This document shows positions 9,518-19,008 of a DNA stretch of 64,000 bases, piece after piece. Both the position numbers and the translations under genes were made by a program. Source of the DNA: Reclinomonas americana ATCC 50394 (taxonomy: Eukaryota); NCBI GenBank assembly GCA_048213135.1, contig PS015010.1:1178001-1242000 (forward strand). Reading direction: 5' to 3'. A model generated the notes under the pieces. It worked only from the letters and a program-made list of their open reading frames with translations. It ran no database searches and was not told the DNA's origin. The stretch's first letter is position 1, and each line of letters starts with the position of its first letter.

Positions 9518-10465
9518 ATGAAAAATATTAAAATAATTGAAGTGCCATCAGAGATCGGGGCAGGTACCCGTGGCGCCAGCCTGGGTGTGGATGCCATCAA
9601 AATAGCGGCGCTCGACTTCATGAGTAATTTCTTCGTCCATTTTCCTTCCGAAAAAATTGAAGTGGAAAATAAACTGCTCTTTGAACCGATACAATCGCCC
9701 TATGCCAAGCGTATACACGGATTGCTGACCATGTATGAACGAGTAAGCAAGGCGGTTTGCGATTCCCTGAAAGGACACTTTTTCCCGGTCCTCATCAGCG
9801 GCGATCACAGTACCGCCGGGGGCACCATTGCCGGGATCAAAATGGCCAAACCGAAAAGTAAACTGGGGGTGATCTGGATAGACGCCCATGCTGACCTTCA
9901 TACCCCCTACACCACCCCGTCGGGCAATATGCATGGCATGCCGCTGGCGGCTTCTATCGATGAAGACAATGAGGATTGTAAAGTACACGAGCTGGATGAA
10001 AAGACGTCCCGCCTGTGGACTGACCTGAAACAGATCGGTAAGATCCATCCCAAGGTTTTGCCGGAAGATATCGTATTCATCTCCCTGCGTGATTTTGAAA
10101 AGGAAGAAAAAGCCCTGATCGAAAAGCACGGCATCAAAGTAATACCCACCAGTGAAGTACGCCGCAACGGTGCCGAGAACGTGAGCCGTAAAGTGCTGCG
10201 CTACCTGAGCGACTGTACTGACATATATGTGAGCTTTGATGTGGACAGTCTCGATTCTTCCATATCCCGCGGCACCGGAACCCCGGTAAGCAATGGGCTG
10301 CGGGAAAGAGAAGCGGAAGACCTCATCAGTAAATTTATGCAAAACCGAAAAGTCTGCTGCTTCGAGATCACGGAAGTCAATCCAACGCTGGATAAGGAGA
10401 ACCTGATGGCAGAGATCGCCTTTAACATCCTGCAGCGAAGTGTGAACGTATTAATGATGAACTGA
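9518..10465 (+). CDS. rocF: Arginase
   Basis: GDHS, DAHADLHTP, SGNMHGMP, SFDVDSLD, GTGTPV, EVNP metal-binding and catalytic motifs. Confidence 0.92.
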   Translation: MKNIKIIEVPSEIGAGTRGASLGVDAIKIAALDFMSNFFVHFPSEKIEVENKLLFEPIQSPYAKRIHGLLTMYERVSKAVCDSLKGHFFPVLISGDHSTAGGTIAGIKMAKPKSKLGVIWIDAHADLHTPYTTPSGNMHGMPLAASIDEDNEDCKVHELDEKTSRLWTDLKQIGKIHPKVLPEDIVFISLRDFEKEEKALIEKHGIKVIPTSEVRRNGAENVSRKVLRYLSDCTDIYVSFDVDSLDSSISRGTGTPVSNGLREREAEDLISKFMQNRKVCCFEITEVNPTLDKENLMAEIAFNILQRSVNVLMMN

Positions 10466-10466
10466 T

Positions 10467-11066
10467 ATGAAGAAATATGCCTTTCTTATTGTTCTGCTTT
10501 CTTTTGGCGCACTGCTGACCCGTGCCCAGAAAGGAGACGCGTATGCCAAAACATTGCTGGCTTACCAGAAGAATTATATCACTACCCATGAAGTGGTGAA
10601 AGAAGCCGACCGGAAATATTTTCGTTTCTATAAGCCTGATCCCCATTACCGTTTTGACTGCCGCGTGGAACTGTCCACCGATACCACTACGGTAAGTATG
10701 AAAACGTCGGCCAATACAACCAAGTACTTCAAACGTTATGGTCACATTGTTTTTAAAGTACACGATACCACCTGCCTGCTTATGCTGTATAAAAGCCTCG
10801 ATCCCAAAATGCCGGTGCAATACAAAGACCTGTTGTTCCTGCCTTTTATGGACCTGACGACCGGTGATGAGAGCTACGGCAGCGGAAGGTATATTGATTT
10901 GTATACGACAGAAATAAAAGACGGCTACCTGCCTGTGGATTTCAATAAAGCCTATAACCCTTACTGTGCCTATGCCACGGGCTTCCGATGCCCCGTGCCG
11001 CCGCGGGAGAATACCCTGCCCGTGGCCATCTTCGCCGGTGAGAAAAATTTTGCAAAACCCCACTGA
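10467..11066 (+). CDS. DUF1684 domain-containing secreted protein
   Basis: Signal peptide; LFLPFMDLTTG..SYGSGRYID; DFNKAYNPYCAY...CPVPP..N.L.V.I.AGEK. Confidence 0.88.
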   Translation: MKKYAFLIVLLSFGALLTRAQKGDAYAKTLLAYQKNYITTHEVVKEADRKYFRFYKPDPHYRFDCRVELSTDTTTVSMKTSANTTKYFKRYGHIVFKVHDTTCLLMLYKSLDPKMPVQYKDLLFLPFMDLTTGDESYGSGRYIDLYTTEIKDGYLPVDFNKAYNPYCAYATGFRCPVPPRENTLPVAIFAGEKNFAKPH

Positions 11067-11989
11067 TGACAACCCAGTGTACCCACCAGTTGCTGATGAT
11101 TGAACCGGTCCGCTTCGGGTTCAATGAACAGACCGCAACAGACAACCGTTTCCAGAACAATACCGGCCACTCTTTACAGGAGCAGGCCCTTGCCGAATTC
11201 AACGGGTTAGTACAATTGCTGCGTGACAATAAAGTGGCCGTAATGGTCGTTGCCGATACGCCTGAACCCCATACCCCCGATTCCATCTTTCCCAATAACT
11301 GGATATCCTTTGATGCCGACGGCACCATCGTTCTTTATCCTATGTATGCTCCCAACCGGCGCCAGGAAAGCAAGCAACCTGTGCTGGACCAGTTGAACCG
11401 GGCATTCCAGGTCAGCCGCACGATTGATCTCAGGCATTTTACCATGGAGGATCTTTTCCTGGAGGGAACCGGCAGTATGGTGCTCGACCGCGTTAACCGC
11501 CTGGCCTATGCCTGCATTTCCGGGCGTACATCAGAAACGTTGCTGAATGAGTTTTGCCGCATCATGGATTACCGGCCTGTTGTTTTTCACGCGACAGATG
11601 CTGCCGGCATTGATATCTATCATACGAACGTGATGCTTTGCGTAGGGGAACAATTTGCTGTTATTTGTCTTGATGCTATTACAGATGAAGATGAAAAACA
11701 AAGGGTACTGGAAAGTTTTGCGTCAACCGGTAAGATGGTAATTCCCATCAGCCGGGAGCAGATGAATGCTTTTGCGGGTAATATGCTGCAGGTGGCCACT
11801 ATGGAGGAAGAACTGCTCCTGGTGATGTCGTCACAGGCTTACCGGGCGCTGGATGACGATCAAAAGACCTTGCTGGAAAGCTGTAACCGCATCGTGCATA
11901 CTCCGCTGGAAACCATTGAAAGCGCTGGTGGCGGAAGCGCCCGCTGTATGCTGGCGGAAGTGTTCCTGCCCATAGCTTACGCTACTTAA
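11066..11989 (+). CDS. Amidinotransferase-family protein (citrulline utilization hydrolase CtlX-like)
   Basis: TPDSIFPNNW, FLEGTGSMVLD, YHTNV, catalytic GGGSARCM. Confidence 0.88.
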   Translation: MTTQCTHQLLMIEPVRFGFNEQTATDNRFQNNTGHSLQEQALAEFNGLVQLLRDNKVAVMVVADTPEPHTPDSIFPNNWISFDADGTIVLYPMYAPNRRQESKQPVLDQLNRAFQVSRTIDLRHFTMEDLFLEGTGSMVLDRVNRLAYACISGRTSETLLNEFCRIMDYRPVVFHATDAAGIDIYHTNVMLCVGEQFAVICLDAITDEDEKQRVLESFASTGKMVIPISREQMNAFAGNMLQVATMEEELLLVMSSQAYRALDDDQKTLLESCNRIVHTPLETIESAGGGSARCMLAEVFLPIAYAT

Positions 11990-12007
11990 CTTAAAAGGAG
12001 TAACTAC

Positions 12008-12036
12008 AAAAAAATATCCCGCAAAGAATTGCGGGA
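12008..12036 (-). terminator. Rho-independent terminator (TPR gene; possibly bidirectional)
   Basis: TCCCGCAA-aga-aTTGCGGGA stem, with an A-run on + giving a U tract on the minus strand. Confidence 0.75.
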
Positions 12037-12078
12037 CCTGTAATCAATCGTAGTTATATGAAACTTTCTTTAGTCAAT

Positions 12079-13101
12079 TTATAAGCCTACCGACATCATC
12101 TCCTGCTTGCGGCGAAGGTTCGATAAGGAAGGATCCAGTTCAATAGCCCTGTCGCACATTTGCTGACCTTTCTCTTTTTGTCCCTTCTTCTGGAAACACA
12201 GCCCGGCCTGGTATAAGGCTTTACCATCCTTCGCGTCCATTTCCAGCAGGCGCTGGCAATAGTCCAGTGAACGGTCGTACATTTTAACATCATAAAAGCC
12301 CTGCGCCATATCCCTCAATATCTCTTTATTGTTTGGTTTTTTGGCGAGCACTTCACCCAGTACCTGTTCACCTTTTTCTGTATTGCCGCTGTAGAAATAT
12401 GCGAAACCGAGGTTTTCCTTAAAGTCGTTGGTTTGGGTGTAGCCGTTTTCAGCGGCTTTATTGAAGCAGGTTACCGCTCCTTTGAAATTACCGGCATTGA
12501 AATACAGCAAGCCCAGTTCGCAGGCCCAGTTGGCCTTGGCCGGATCGAGATCAACCGCTTTCTGGTACCAGGTAATGGATGCTTTCTCCTGCTCCAGCTC
12601 CATGTAGGTTTTGCCGAGCATATAATGCGCCAGGGCGTCTTTGGGGTCTTTCTTTACCACGCTCAGCAATACTTTTTCCGCGTTGCCGTAATCTTCCAGC
12701 TGAAAATACGACATACCAATGATGCGTTCATTTCCTTCGCAGGTCATACATTTTTTCGCAAAATCGATGGCCTTCTGGAATTGACGGTAGCTGTAGTAAA
12801 GGTTAACCAGCTCTTTTATGGCTGTGGGATTGGTTGGGTCCAGTTCATTGACTTTCGCAAAGTTATTGCGGGCAATGTCTGTCTTCCGCATTTCCAGGTT
12901 CACCAATCCGTTCTCGAGGTAGGCCTGGGTAAAGGAAGGGTTGAAAGTCACGGCTTTATCAAAATGCCGGGAAGCCAGCAAAAATCGCCGGGCTGTCTTT
13001 TCTTCCAAACCTTTCTGGTAATAAATTTCGGAACTGTCCTGGAATGCAGCGGATGCAGACAGGCTCAAGGATATAAGGATAACCGTAGTAAGGCTTTTCA
13101 T
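12079..13101 (-). CDS. Secreted tetratricopeptide repeat protein
   Basis: Signal peptide followed by multiple 34-aa TPR-like repeats (A...LG..Y....A...Y.KA..LDP). Confidence 0.85.
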   Translation of the reverse strand: MKSLTTVILISLSLSASAAFQDSSEIYYQKGLEEKTARRFLLASRHFDKAVTFNPSFTQAYLENGLVNLEMRKTDIARNNFAKVNELDPTNPTAIKELVNLYYSYRQFQKAIDFAKKCMTCEGNERIIGMSYFQLEDYGNAEKVLLSVVKKDPKDALAHYMLGKTYMELEQEKASITWYQKAVDLDPAKANWACELGLLYFNAGNFKGAVTCFNKAAENGYTQTNDFKENLGFAYFYSGNTEKGEQVLGEVLAKKPNNKEILRDMAQGFYDVKMYDRSLDYCQRLLEMDAKDGKALYQAGLCFQKKGQKEKGQQMCDRAIELDPSLSNLRRKQEMMSVGL

Positions 13102-13132
13102 ACTGTGGATTGAGGCAAATTTCAGACCAAAA

Positions 13133-15145
13133 TTATCGAAATACTATAGCAGCTAACGCAGGAAGATGAATTTTTATTTCATAGACCCGGTTCTTTTTAT
13201 CAACAAGTTTGGCCACGGGAGAAGGATTGTACACCTTCCCGGCACCCCAATACCGGGTACTGTCGCTGTTGAATATTTCTTTCCACACGGATTTGCCGGT
13301 CACCCTTATCGTCCAGTCGCGTCGTACAACAGGTGTTAAATTCAAGATAACCAGTACATTATCTTTCTTTTTCTTTCCTTTCCGCATATAAGCCACTACC
13401 GATTCCTGGCGGTGGTCCAGGTCGACCCACTCAAAGCCGGCCGGGTCAAACTGGAGTTCGTACAGGGCGGGTTCACCCCGGTAAAGCGCATTCAGGTCAC
13501 GGATACACTGCTGCATCTGCGAATGACAGTCAAACTGCAGGAGTTCCCAGGACAGCTCGGTTTTATAGTTCCACTCGGTTGTTTGGCCGAATTCATTACC
13601 CATAAAAAGCAGTTTAGCCCCGGGATGGGTAAACATATAAGCATACAGGAGACGCAGGTTGGCAAATTTCTGCCATTCATCGCCGGGCATCTTGTACAGC
13701 ATGGGGCTCTTGCCGTGCACCACTTCATCATGACTGAGCGGCAGCATAAAGTTCTCATCATAGAAATACATCATGCTGAAGGAGAAATCATCCTGGTGAA
13801 ACTGGCGCATGATGGGATCTGTTTTGAAATAATCCAGCGTGTCGTTCATCCAGCCCATCATCCATTTCATACCAAAGCCCAGCCCGTCCTCTGTGGTGGG
13901 TTTGGATATCTTCGGCCAGTCCGTGGCTTCTTCGGCAATGGTTTGTATATCCGGGAAATCGCGGTACAGCGTTTCGTTCAGGTCTTTTACAAATGCGATG
14001 GCTTCCAGGTTACCGTTGCCGCCAAATTCATTGGGCTTCCACTGCCCTTCTTTCCTGGAATAATCAAGCCGGAGAATGGAGCTTACGGCGTCTACCCTGA
14101 TGCCGTCGATATGAAATACATCAAACCAGTAGCGGGCGCTGCTGATGAGGAAGGACTTCACCTCTCCTCTTTTGTAATTGAAGATGTAACTGTCCCAGTC
14201 GGGATGATAGCCTTTGGTCATGTCTGCATATTCGTAGGTATGCGTACCGTCGAACATGAACAGCCCGTGGGCGTCGTTGGGAAAATGAGAAGGCACCCAG
14301 TCCAGGATTACGCCTATGCCTTCATGATGAAAAGCATTGATGAGTGTCGCGAAATCTTCGGGTACACCAAACCGTGAGGTTGGCGCGAAATAGCCTGTGC
14401 CCTGGTAGCCCCAGCTGCCGTCGAAAGGGAATTCCATAATGGGCATGATCTCCACATGGGTAAACCCCATCTCCTTTACATAGGGTACCAGCCTTTCGGC
14501 GATCTGCAGGTAACTGTTAAAACTCTCTTCATCTGTTTTTACGGGCCGCTGCCAGCTGCCCAGGTGAACTTCGTATACGCTATAGGGTGAGTGAAGACTG
14601 TTGTGCTGTTTACGGGTGCGCAGCCATTCTTCGTCTGACCAGGAGGGTTTCACATCACGGGTAATGGAAGAAGTGCCGGGGCGCAGTTCAGCGTAACGGG
14701 CAAAGGGATCGGCCTTGAACAGTTCGGCGCCTTTATAACCTTTGATGTAATATTTGTAAGCGGTGCCTTCGGTAATACCAGGGATAAAACCTTCCCAGAT
14801 ACCGGAATTGTCCTGCCGTACATAAAGCGGGTGCAACTGTTTTTTCCAGCCATTGAACTCTCCTACTATAGCCACCTGTGTGGCGTTGGGGGCCCATACG
14901 GCAAAATAGAACCCGTCTTTTTCGAGTATGCTTCGCCGGTGGTTCCCGAATTTGGTGTAAGCGTTGTAAAGTGTACCCTGCTGGAAATTCCGGACATCCT
15001 CATCAGTAAAAAGCGAGTAATGCCATACAGAGCGGGTCGTATCAATGAAATGCGTTTCCTCGTAGCGTGGAGAACGGCTTTCCGGCAGCGTTGCCGGCTG
15101 CTGCGGGGTCTTTGTTTTTACCGGTTGTCGCTTGGAAACTGCCAT
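13133..15145 (-). CDS. glgB: 1,4-alpha-glucan branching enzyme
   Basis: FAVWAPNA, YEVHLGSW, SWGYQ, DWVPSHFP, GIRVDAVSS, IAEE, LSHDEVVHGK. Confidence 0.97.
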   Translation of the reverse strand: MAVSKRQPVKTKTPQQPATLPESRSPRYEETHFIDTTRSVWHYSLFTDEDVRNFQQGTLYNAYTKFGNHRRSILEKDGFYFAVWAPNATQVAIVGEFNGWKKQLHPLYVRQDNSGIWEGFIPGITEGTAYKYYIKGYKGAELFKADPFARYAELRPGTSSITRDVKPSWSDEEWLRTRKQHNSLHSPYSVYEVHLGSWQRPVKTDEESFNSYLQIAERLVPYVKEMGFTHVEIMPIMEFPFDGSWGYQGTGYFAPTSRFGVPEDFATLINAFHHEGIGVILDWVPSHFPNDAHGLFMFDGTHTYEYADMTKGYHPDWDSYIFNYKRGEVKSFLISSARYWFDVFHIDGIRVDAVSSILRLDYSRKEGQWKPNEFGGNGNLEAIAFVKDLNETLYRDFPDIQTIAEEATDWPKISKPTTEDGLGFGMKWMMGWMNDTLDYFKTDPIMRQFHQDDFSFSMMYFYDENFMLPLSHDEVVHGKSPMLYKMPGDEWQKFANLRLLYAYMFTHPGAKLLFMGNEFGQTTEWNYKTELSWELLQFDCHSQMQQCIRDLNALYRGEPALYELQFDPAGFEWVDLDHRQESVVAYMRKGKKKKDNVLVILNLTPVVRRDWTIRVTGKSVWKEIFNSDSTRYWGAGKVYNPSPVAKLVDKKNRVYEIKIHLPALAAIVFR

Positions 15146-15297
15146 TTAAAGAATCTGTCTGCTTGGTTCTGAAATAAAATCCCAGTTTTGTTTTAACGTA
15201 AATTTAAGAATACTGTTTTAGTAAATGAACAATTAAATACGCACCTTTAACTAATTATTTAGTTTAAACACTCAATACAACCTAACAGTCAGAAAGT

Positions 15298-18069
15298 ATG
15301 GCCAAACTAACTACCCTGTTAGCTGCATTGCTGCTTACCTGCGCATGCGGCTACGCTCAAACTTCCAAGGTTTCGGGTACCTTGTCAGACACCACGCAAA
15401 AGAAGCCGGTCCACAATGCCGTTGTAATGCTGCTCACGCCGAAAGATTCGGTGCTGTACCGTTTTACACGTACAGATGTGAAAGGCGACTACCATTTCGA
15501 CAACGTGAAAGATGGTGATTATATTCAGATGATCACCCATCCTTATTTCGCCGATGTGATCGATAACGTGGTCATCAAAGGGCCGGATATGGTGATACCA
15601 CCGGTAGCGGCCACTTCCAAAAGCAAACTGATGCAGGAAGTGATCGTGAAAAGCGGTAACCCCATCCGTATCAAAGGTGACACTACCATTTATACCGCCG
15701 ACAGCTTTAAAGTAAGCGCCAACGCCAACGTGGAAGAACTGCTGAAAAAACTGCCGGGTATACAGGTAGATAAAAACGGTACCATTAAGGCGATGGGACA
15801 AACAGTTGAAAAAGTACTCGTTGACGGTGAAGAATTTTTCGGCGACGATCCTGGTATGGCAGTAAAGAACCTGCGTGCCGATGCCGTGAAAGAAGTACAG
15901 GTATTTGATAAGAAAAGCGACCAGGCCGAATTTACCGGCATTGATGATGGCAATACCAAGAAGACTATCAACCTTAAAATGAAAGAGGACCGGAAGAAAG
16001 GCTACTTTGGAAAAGTAGACGTGTCGGGCGGTTTGCGCCAGGACATTGATCACCGGTACAACAACAACCTCATGTTCAGTTCCTTTAAGGGCAAGCGTAA
16101 GATCAGCGCTTTTCTCCTGAATGGTAATACCGGCCAGGATGGACTGAGCTGGCAGGACAGTGAAAAATTCGGTGGTGAAAATGAGAACTTCAGCATGTCG
16201 ATGGATGATAACGGCGAGGTGAATTATACCTGGACAGGCGGCTCTTCCGACGATGAACCTTATGTGAACACAGAGAACGGTTTTATCCGCAATGTCAATG
16301 CCGGCGTGCAGTACAGCAACAAATGGAATGACAAGCACACGCTGAACTTTACGCCGAAATACAACAGCCAGATCTATACCAACGAAATGGAAAGGTATGC
16401 ACGTACACAGATCAGTAAAGACTCTATGCTGATCGAGAATGCACATACCACGACGAATGTAAACAGGAATAACATCAAGACTAACCTGGTGTGGGATTAC
16501 AAGATTGACAGTATGAACAGTTTCAAACTGACGGCAAGGGCTAATTTTTATCATACAGAAAGTGAAGAATTACAGAACGGCAATACCACTGGTGAATCGG
16601 GCAACTTTAAAAACTCGAGTAACAGGAACCTGCAGACGGAAACAGACAAACAGTCTTTTGCCGCCAACCTGCTGTTCAAACATAAATTCAAAAAAGCCAG
16701 GAGGACCATTTCCTGGAGCAATGACTGGAACCTGCTGACCAGCAAAGGCGATAACTTCCTGCGTTCTTATAATGAAGACCTGTTGAAGGTGGAACAACTT
16801 AATCAGTACAAAGACAATGATAAGTCAACGCAAAGGATCACTTCGAGACTGGTGTATACAGAACCATTCGGTATGAAGTACTCTATGGAACTGGCATACG
16901 AACTGGGTTACACGAATGGTAAAAACAACCAGGTTACCTATAACTACAATCCCATTTCACAGAAATATGATGAGGTGGTGGATACGCTGACCAACGATTT
17001 TACTTCGAATATCATCGTGAACAAACCTTCTCTCCGCTTCAACTACGCCGGTAAAAAACTGAAGTATAACTTTGGGGCGGGCTTTGGATTCACTCATTTT
17101 GATCTTGCAGACAATTCCTTCAACAAGGACTATATCCGCAATTTCACCAACTTCTTTCCTTCCGCTACGCTGAACTATAATTACAAAAGCCAGGCTAACC
17201 TGCGTTTCAATTACAACGGTTACACACAACAGCCCAGCATCAACCAGTTGCAGCCGCTGAGGAATAACAACAACTATTTTAACCAGTATATTGGTAACCC
17301 TGACCTGAAACCGTCGTTCACCAACTCCTTCAACCTGAGTCATAACAGCTACAACTTTATCGCCGACAGGTGGATGTACCAGTCGCTTAACGTAAGGTTC
17401 ACCAGCAACTCCATCAACAACAACCGTGTGTACGATGACGTTACGGGTAAAACCACCACACAACCGATCAATACCAACGGTAATATGTCAATCGGCTTAT
17501 GGTCGGGTCTGGGTTTCAAAGCCAAGAAAATTAATACCCGCTTCAACATCAGCCCGCATGTGAACTACAACAAAAGCACTGATGTGATCAACAACCAGGT
17601 TACCTATTCAAAAACACTGGGCGCCGGTTTGGGTTTTTATGCTTCCAAGTCGAAGGATAAAAAATATGACGTGAGCATCAGCAATGACTTCAATTACAAC
17701 AGCAATACCAACACGCAGCGCAACACAAAGAACCATTACAACATCAACAATTTGTCGGCTGATGTTACCGTGTATTTCTTCAAGACCTTCTCCATCAACA
17801 CGGATTATAACTTCTATTCCCGTGGCCGCCTCACACCAACAGACAAGGTGCTGAACAACCACATCTGGAATGCCAGGGTACAGAAGACCTTTAAAAAGGA
17901 CGAGTTCACGGTTTATTTCAAAATGCGTGATATCCTGAACCAGAACATTGGTATCGACAGGAACTTCAGCAGCACCAGCTATACTGAAACTACCAACGAC
18001 AGGCTGAAACGCTACTGGCTGCTGGGTTTTGCCTGGAACTTTAAAAATGGAGGCGCTAAAGCCAAATAA
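15298..18069 (+). CDS. Large outer-membrane beta-barrel protein (carboxypeptidase-regulatory-like N-domain, plug-like domain, OMP_b-brl_3-type barrel)
   Basis: Signal peptide; IKGDTTIYTADSFK, VEELLKKLPGIQVD, VDGEEFFGDDP, GNPDLKP; terminal RYWLLGFAWNF beta-signal. Confidence 0.85.
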   Translation: MAKLTTLLAALLLTCACGYAQTSKVSGTLSDTTQKKPVHNAVVMLLTPKDSVLYRFTRTDVKGDYHFDNVKDGDYIQMITHPYFADVIDNVVIKGPDMVIPPVAATSKSKLMQEVIVKSGNPIRIKGDTTIYTADSFKVSANANVEELLKKLPGIQVDKNGTIKAMGQTVEKVLVDGEEFFGDDPGMAVKNLRADAVKEVQVFDKKSDQAEFTGIDDGNTKKTINLKMKEDRKKGYFGKVDVSGGLRQDIDHRYNNNLMFSSFKGKRKISAFLLNGNTGQDGLSWQDSEKFGGENENFSMSMDDNGEVNYTWTGGSSDDEPYVNTENGFIRNVNAGVQYSNKWNDKHTLNFTPKYNSQIYTNEMERYARTQISKDSMLIENAHTTTNVNRNNIKTNLVWDYKIDSMNSFKLTARANFYHTESEELQNGNTTGESGNFKNSSNRNLQTETDKQSFAANLLFKHKFKKARRTISWSNDWNLLTSKGDNFLRSYNEDLLKVEQLNQYKDNDKSTQRITSRLVYTEPFGMKYSMELAYELGYTNGKNNQVTYNYNPISQKYDEVVDTLTNDFTSNIIVNKPSLRFNYAGKKLKYNFGAGFGFTHFDLADNSFNKDYIRNFTNFFPSATLNYNYKSQANLRFNYNGYTQQPSINQLQPLRNNNNYFNQYIGNPDLKPSFTNSFNLSHNSYNFIADRWMYQSLNVRFTSNSINNNRVYDDVTGKTTTQPINTNGNMSIGLWSGLGFKAKKINTRFNISPHVNYNKSTDVINNQVTYSKTLGAGLGFYASKSKDKKYDVSISNDFNYNSNTNTQRNTKNHYNINNLSADVTVYFFKTFSINTDYNFYSRGRLTPTDKVLNNHIWNARVQKTFKKDEFTVYFKMRDILNQNIGIDRNFSSTSYTETTNDRLKRYWLLGFAWNFKNGGAKAK

Positions 18070-18099
18070 CAACAGTTGTGAACATTTAAAACAAACGAC

Positions 18100-18858
18100 A
18101 TGAAATACAGATCATATATAACGCTGGCGGCCCTGCTGATGGTTTTGCAGGGAAAGGCGCAGCAGTTCATCGATAAGGCCGTTGTGGAGTATGAAGTAAA
18201 GGCCAATATTAAAAAAACTATGCCCAGCGATTCCTGGGGTGAAATGCTGAAGGACGCGATGTCGCAATTCAAAACGTCCTACTACACGTATACTTTTGCC
18301 AACAATAAAAGCGTGTATAAGTTCGATCATTGGGATCCGCAGACAAAAGTGCCGGTGTGGTACAAACAAAATGATGAGGACAATGTGTGGTTTACCGATT
18401 ACGCCGCGGGCAAATACAATATGCAGAAGAAAGTATTCGGCACACCGTTTAACATGGAAGACTCCCTGAGAAATATTGAATGGCGGTTCAGTAATGAAAA
18501 CCGGATGATTGCCGGGTTCAATTGCCGCAAAGCCATTGGCAAGATCATGGACAGCGTTTATGTATTCGCTTTTTATACCGATGAGATCACTGTTTCAGGT
18601 GGCCCCTGCTCCATCAGCGGCCTGCCGGGTCTTATTTTGGGTATGACCATTCCAAGGATGTACACTTCCTGGATCGCGACTAAAGTAATGGTGAATGGTG
18701 TTAATGAAAGCGCCATCAAACCGGTATCTGCCAAGAAATACATGACCTATAAAAGCATGAGTTCCCTGCTCAACGAACGTACCAAAGAGTGGATCAATGA
18801 TGATGACGAAGATTCGAAACAGTGGAGGAACCAGTTGTTGTGGGGATCGCTTTTGTAA
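18100..18858 (+). CDS. GLPGLI family protein
   Basis: IAGFNCRKA, AFYTDEITVSGGP, and the literal GLPGLI motif. Confidence 0.93.
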   Translation: MKYRSYITLAALLMVLQGKAQQFIDKAVVEYEVKANIKKTMPSDSWGEMLKDAMSQFKTSYYTYTFANNKSVYKFDHWDPQTKVPVWYKQNDEDNVWFTDYAAGKYNMQKKVFGTPFNMEDSLRNIEWRFSNENRMIAGFNCRKAIGKIMDSVYVFAFYTDEITVSGGPCSISGLPGLILGMTIPRMYTSWIATKVMVNGVNESAIKPVSAKKYMTYKSMSSLLNERTKEWINDDDEDSKQWRNQLLWGSLL

Positions 18859-18888
18859 TTACGAATCAGGAATCCTTCACTTCGTAAT
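18857..18888 (+). repeat. AATTACG-type heptamer hairpin after the GLPGLI stop
   Basis: aattacg/aatcagg/aatcc...ttcgtaat; ATTACGAA (18858-65) pairs with TTCGTAAT (18881-88). Confidence 0.55.
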
Positions 18889-18902
18889 AGTATAAAAAGA
18901 TC

Positions 18903-18939
18903 AAACCGCCTGTGTTGTCATGAACGCAGGCGGTTTTTT
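18903..18939. terminator. Bidirectional Rho-independent terminator
   Basis: AAACCGCCTGTGTT-gtcatg-AACGCAGGCGGTTT followed by TTT, between convergent GLPGLI and glgC. Confidence 0.85.
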
Positions 18940-18980
18940 ATAGGGAAACTGCTATCCCGGAAACTGGTCTTAGTTAAAGA

Positions 18981-19008
18981 AATTCGTAATTAGTAATTCA
19001 TAATTAAA
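18981..19008 (-). repeat. Degenerate 7-bp tandem array (AATTACG family)
   Basis: + strand aattcgt/aattagt/aattcat/aattaaa, overlapping the glgC stop. Confidence 0.7.

Noticed and set aside
15385-16554. Long antisense ORFs (e.g. 389 aa here; also 13412-14377, 20765-21637, 36506-37342, 51902-52762)
   Set aside because: They lie entirely opposite well-supported genes and have no recognisable motifs. They are typical shadow ORFs produced by codon bias.
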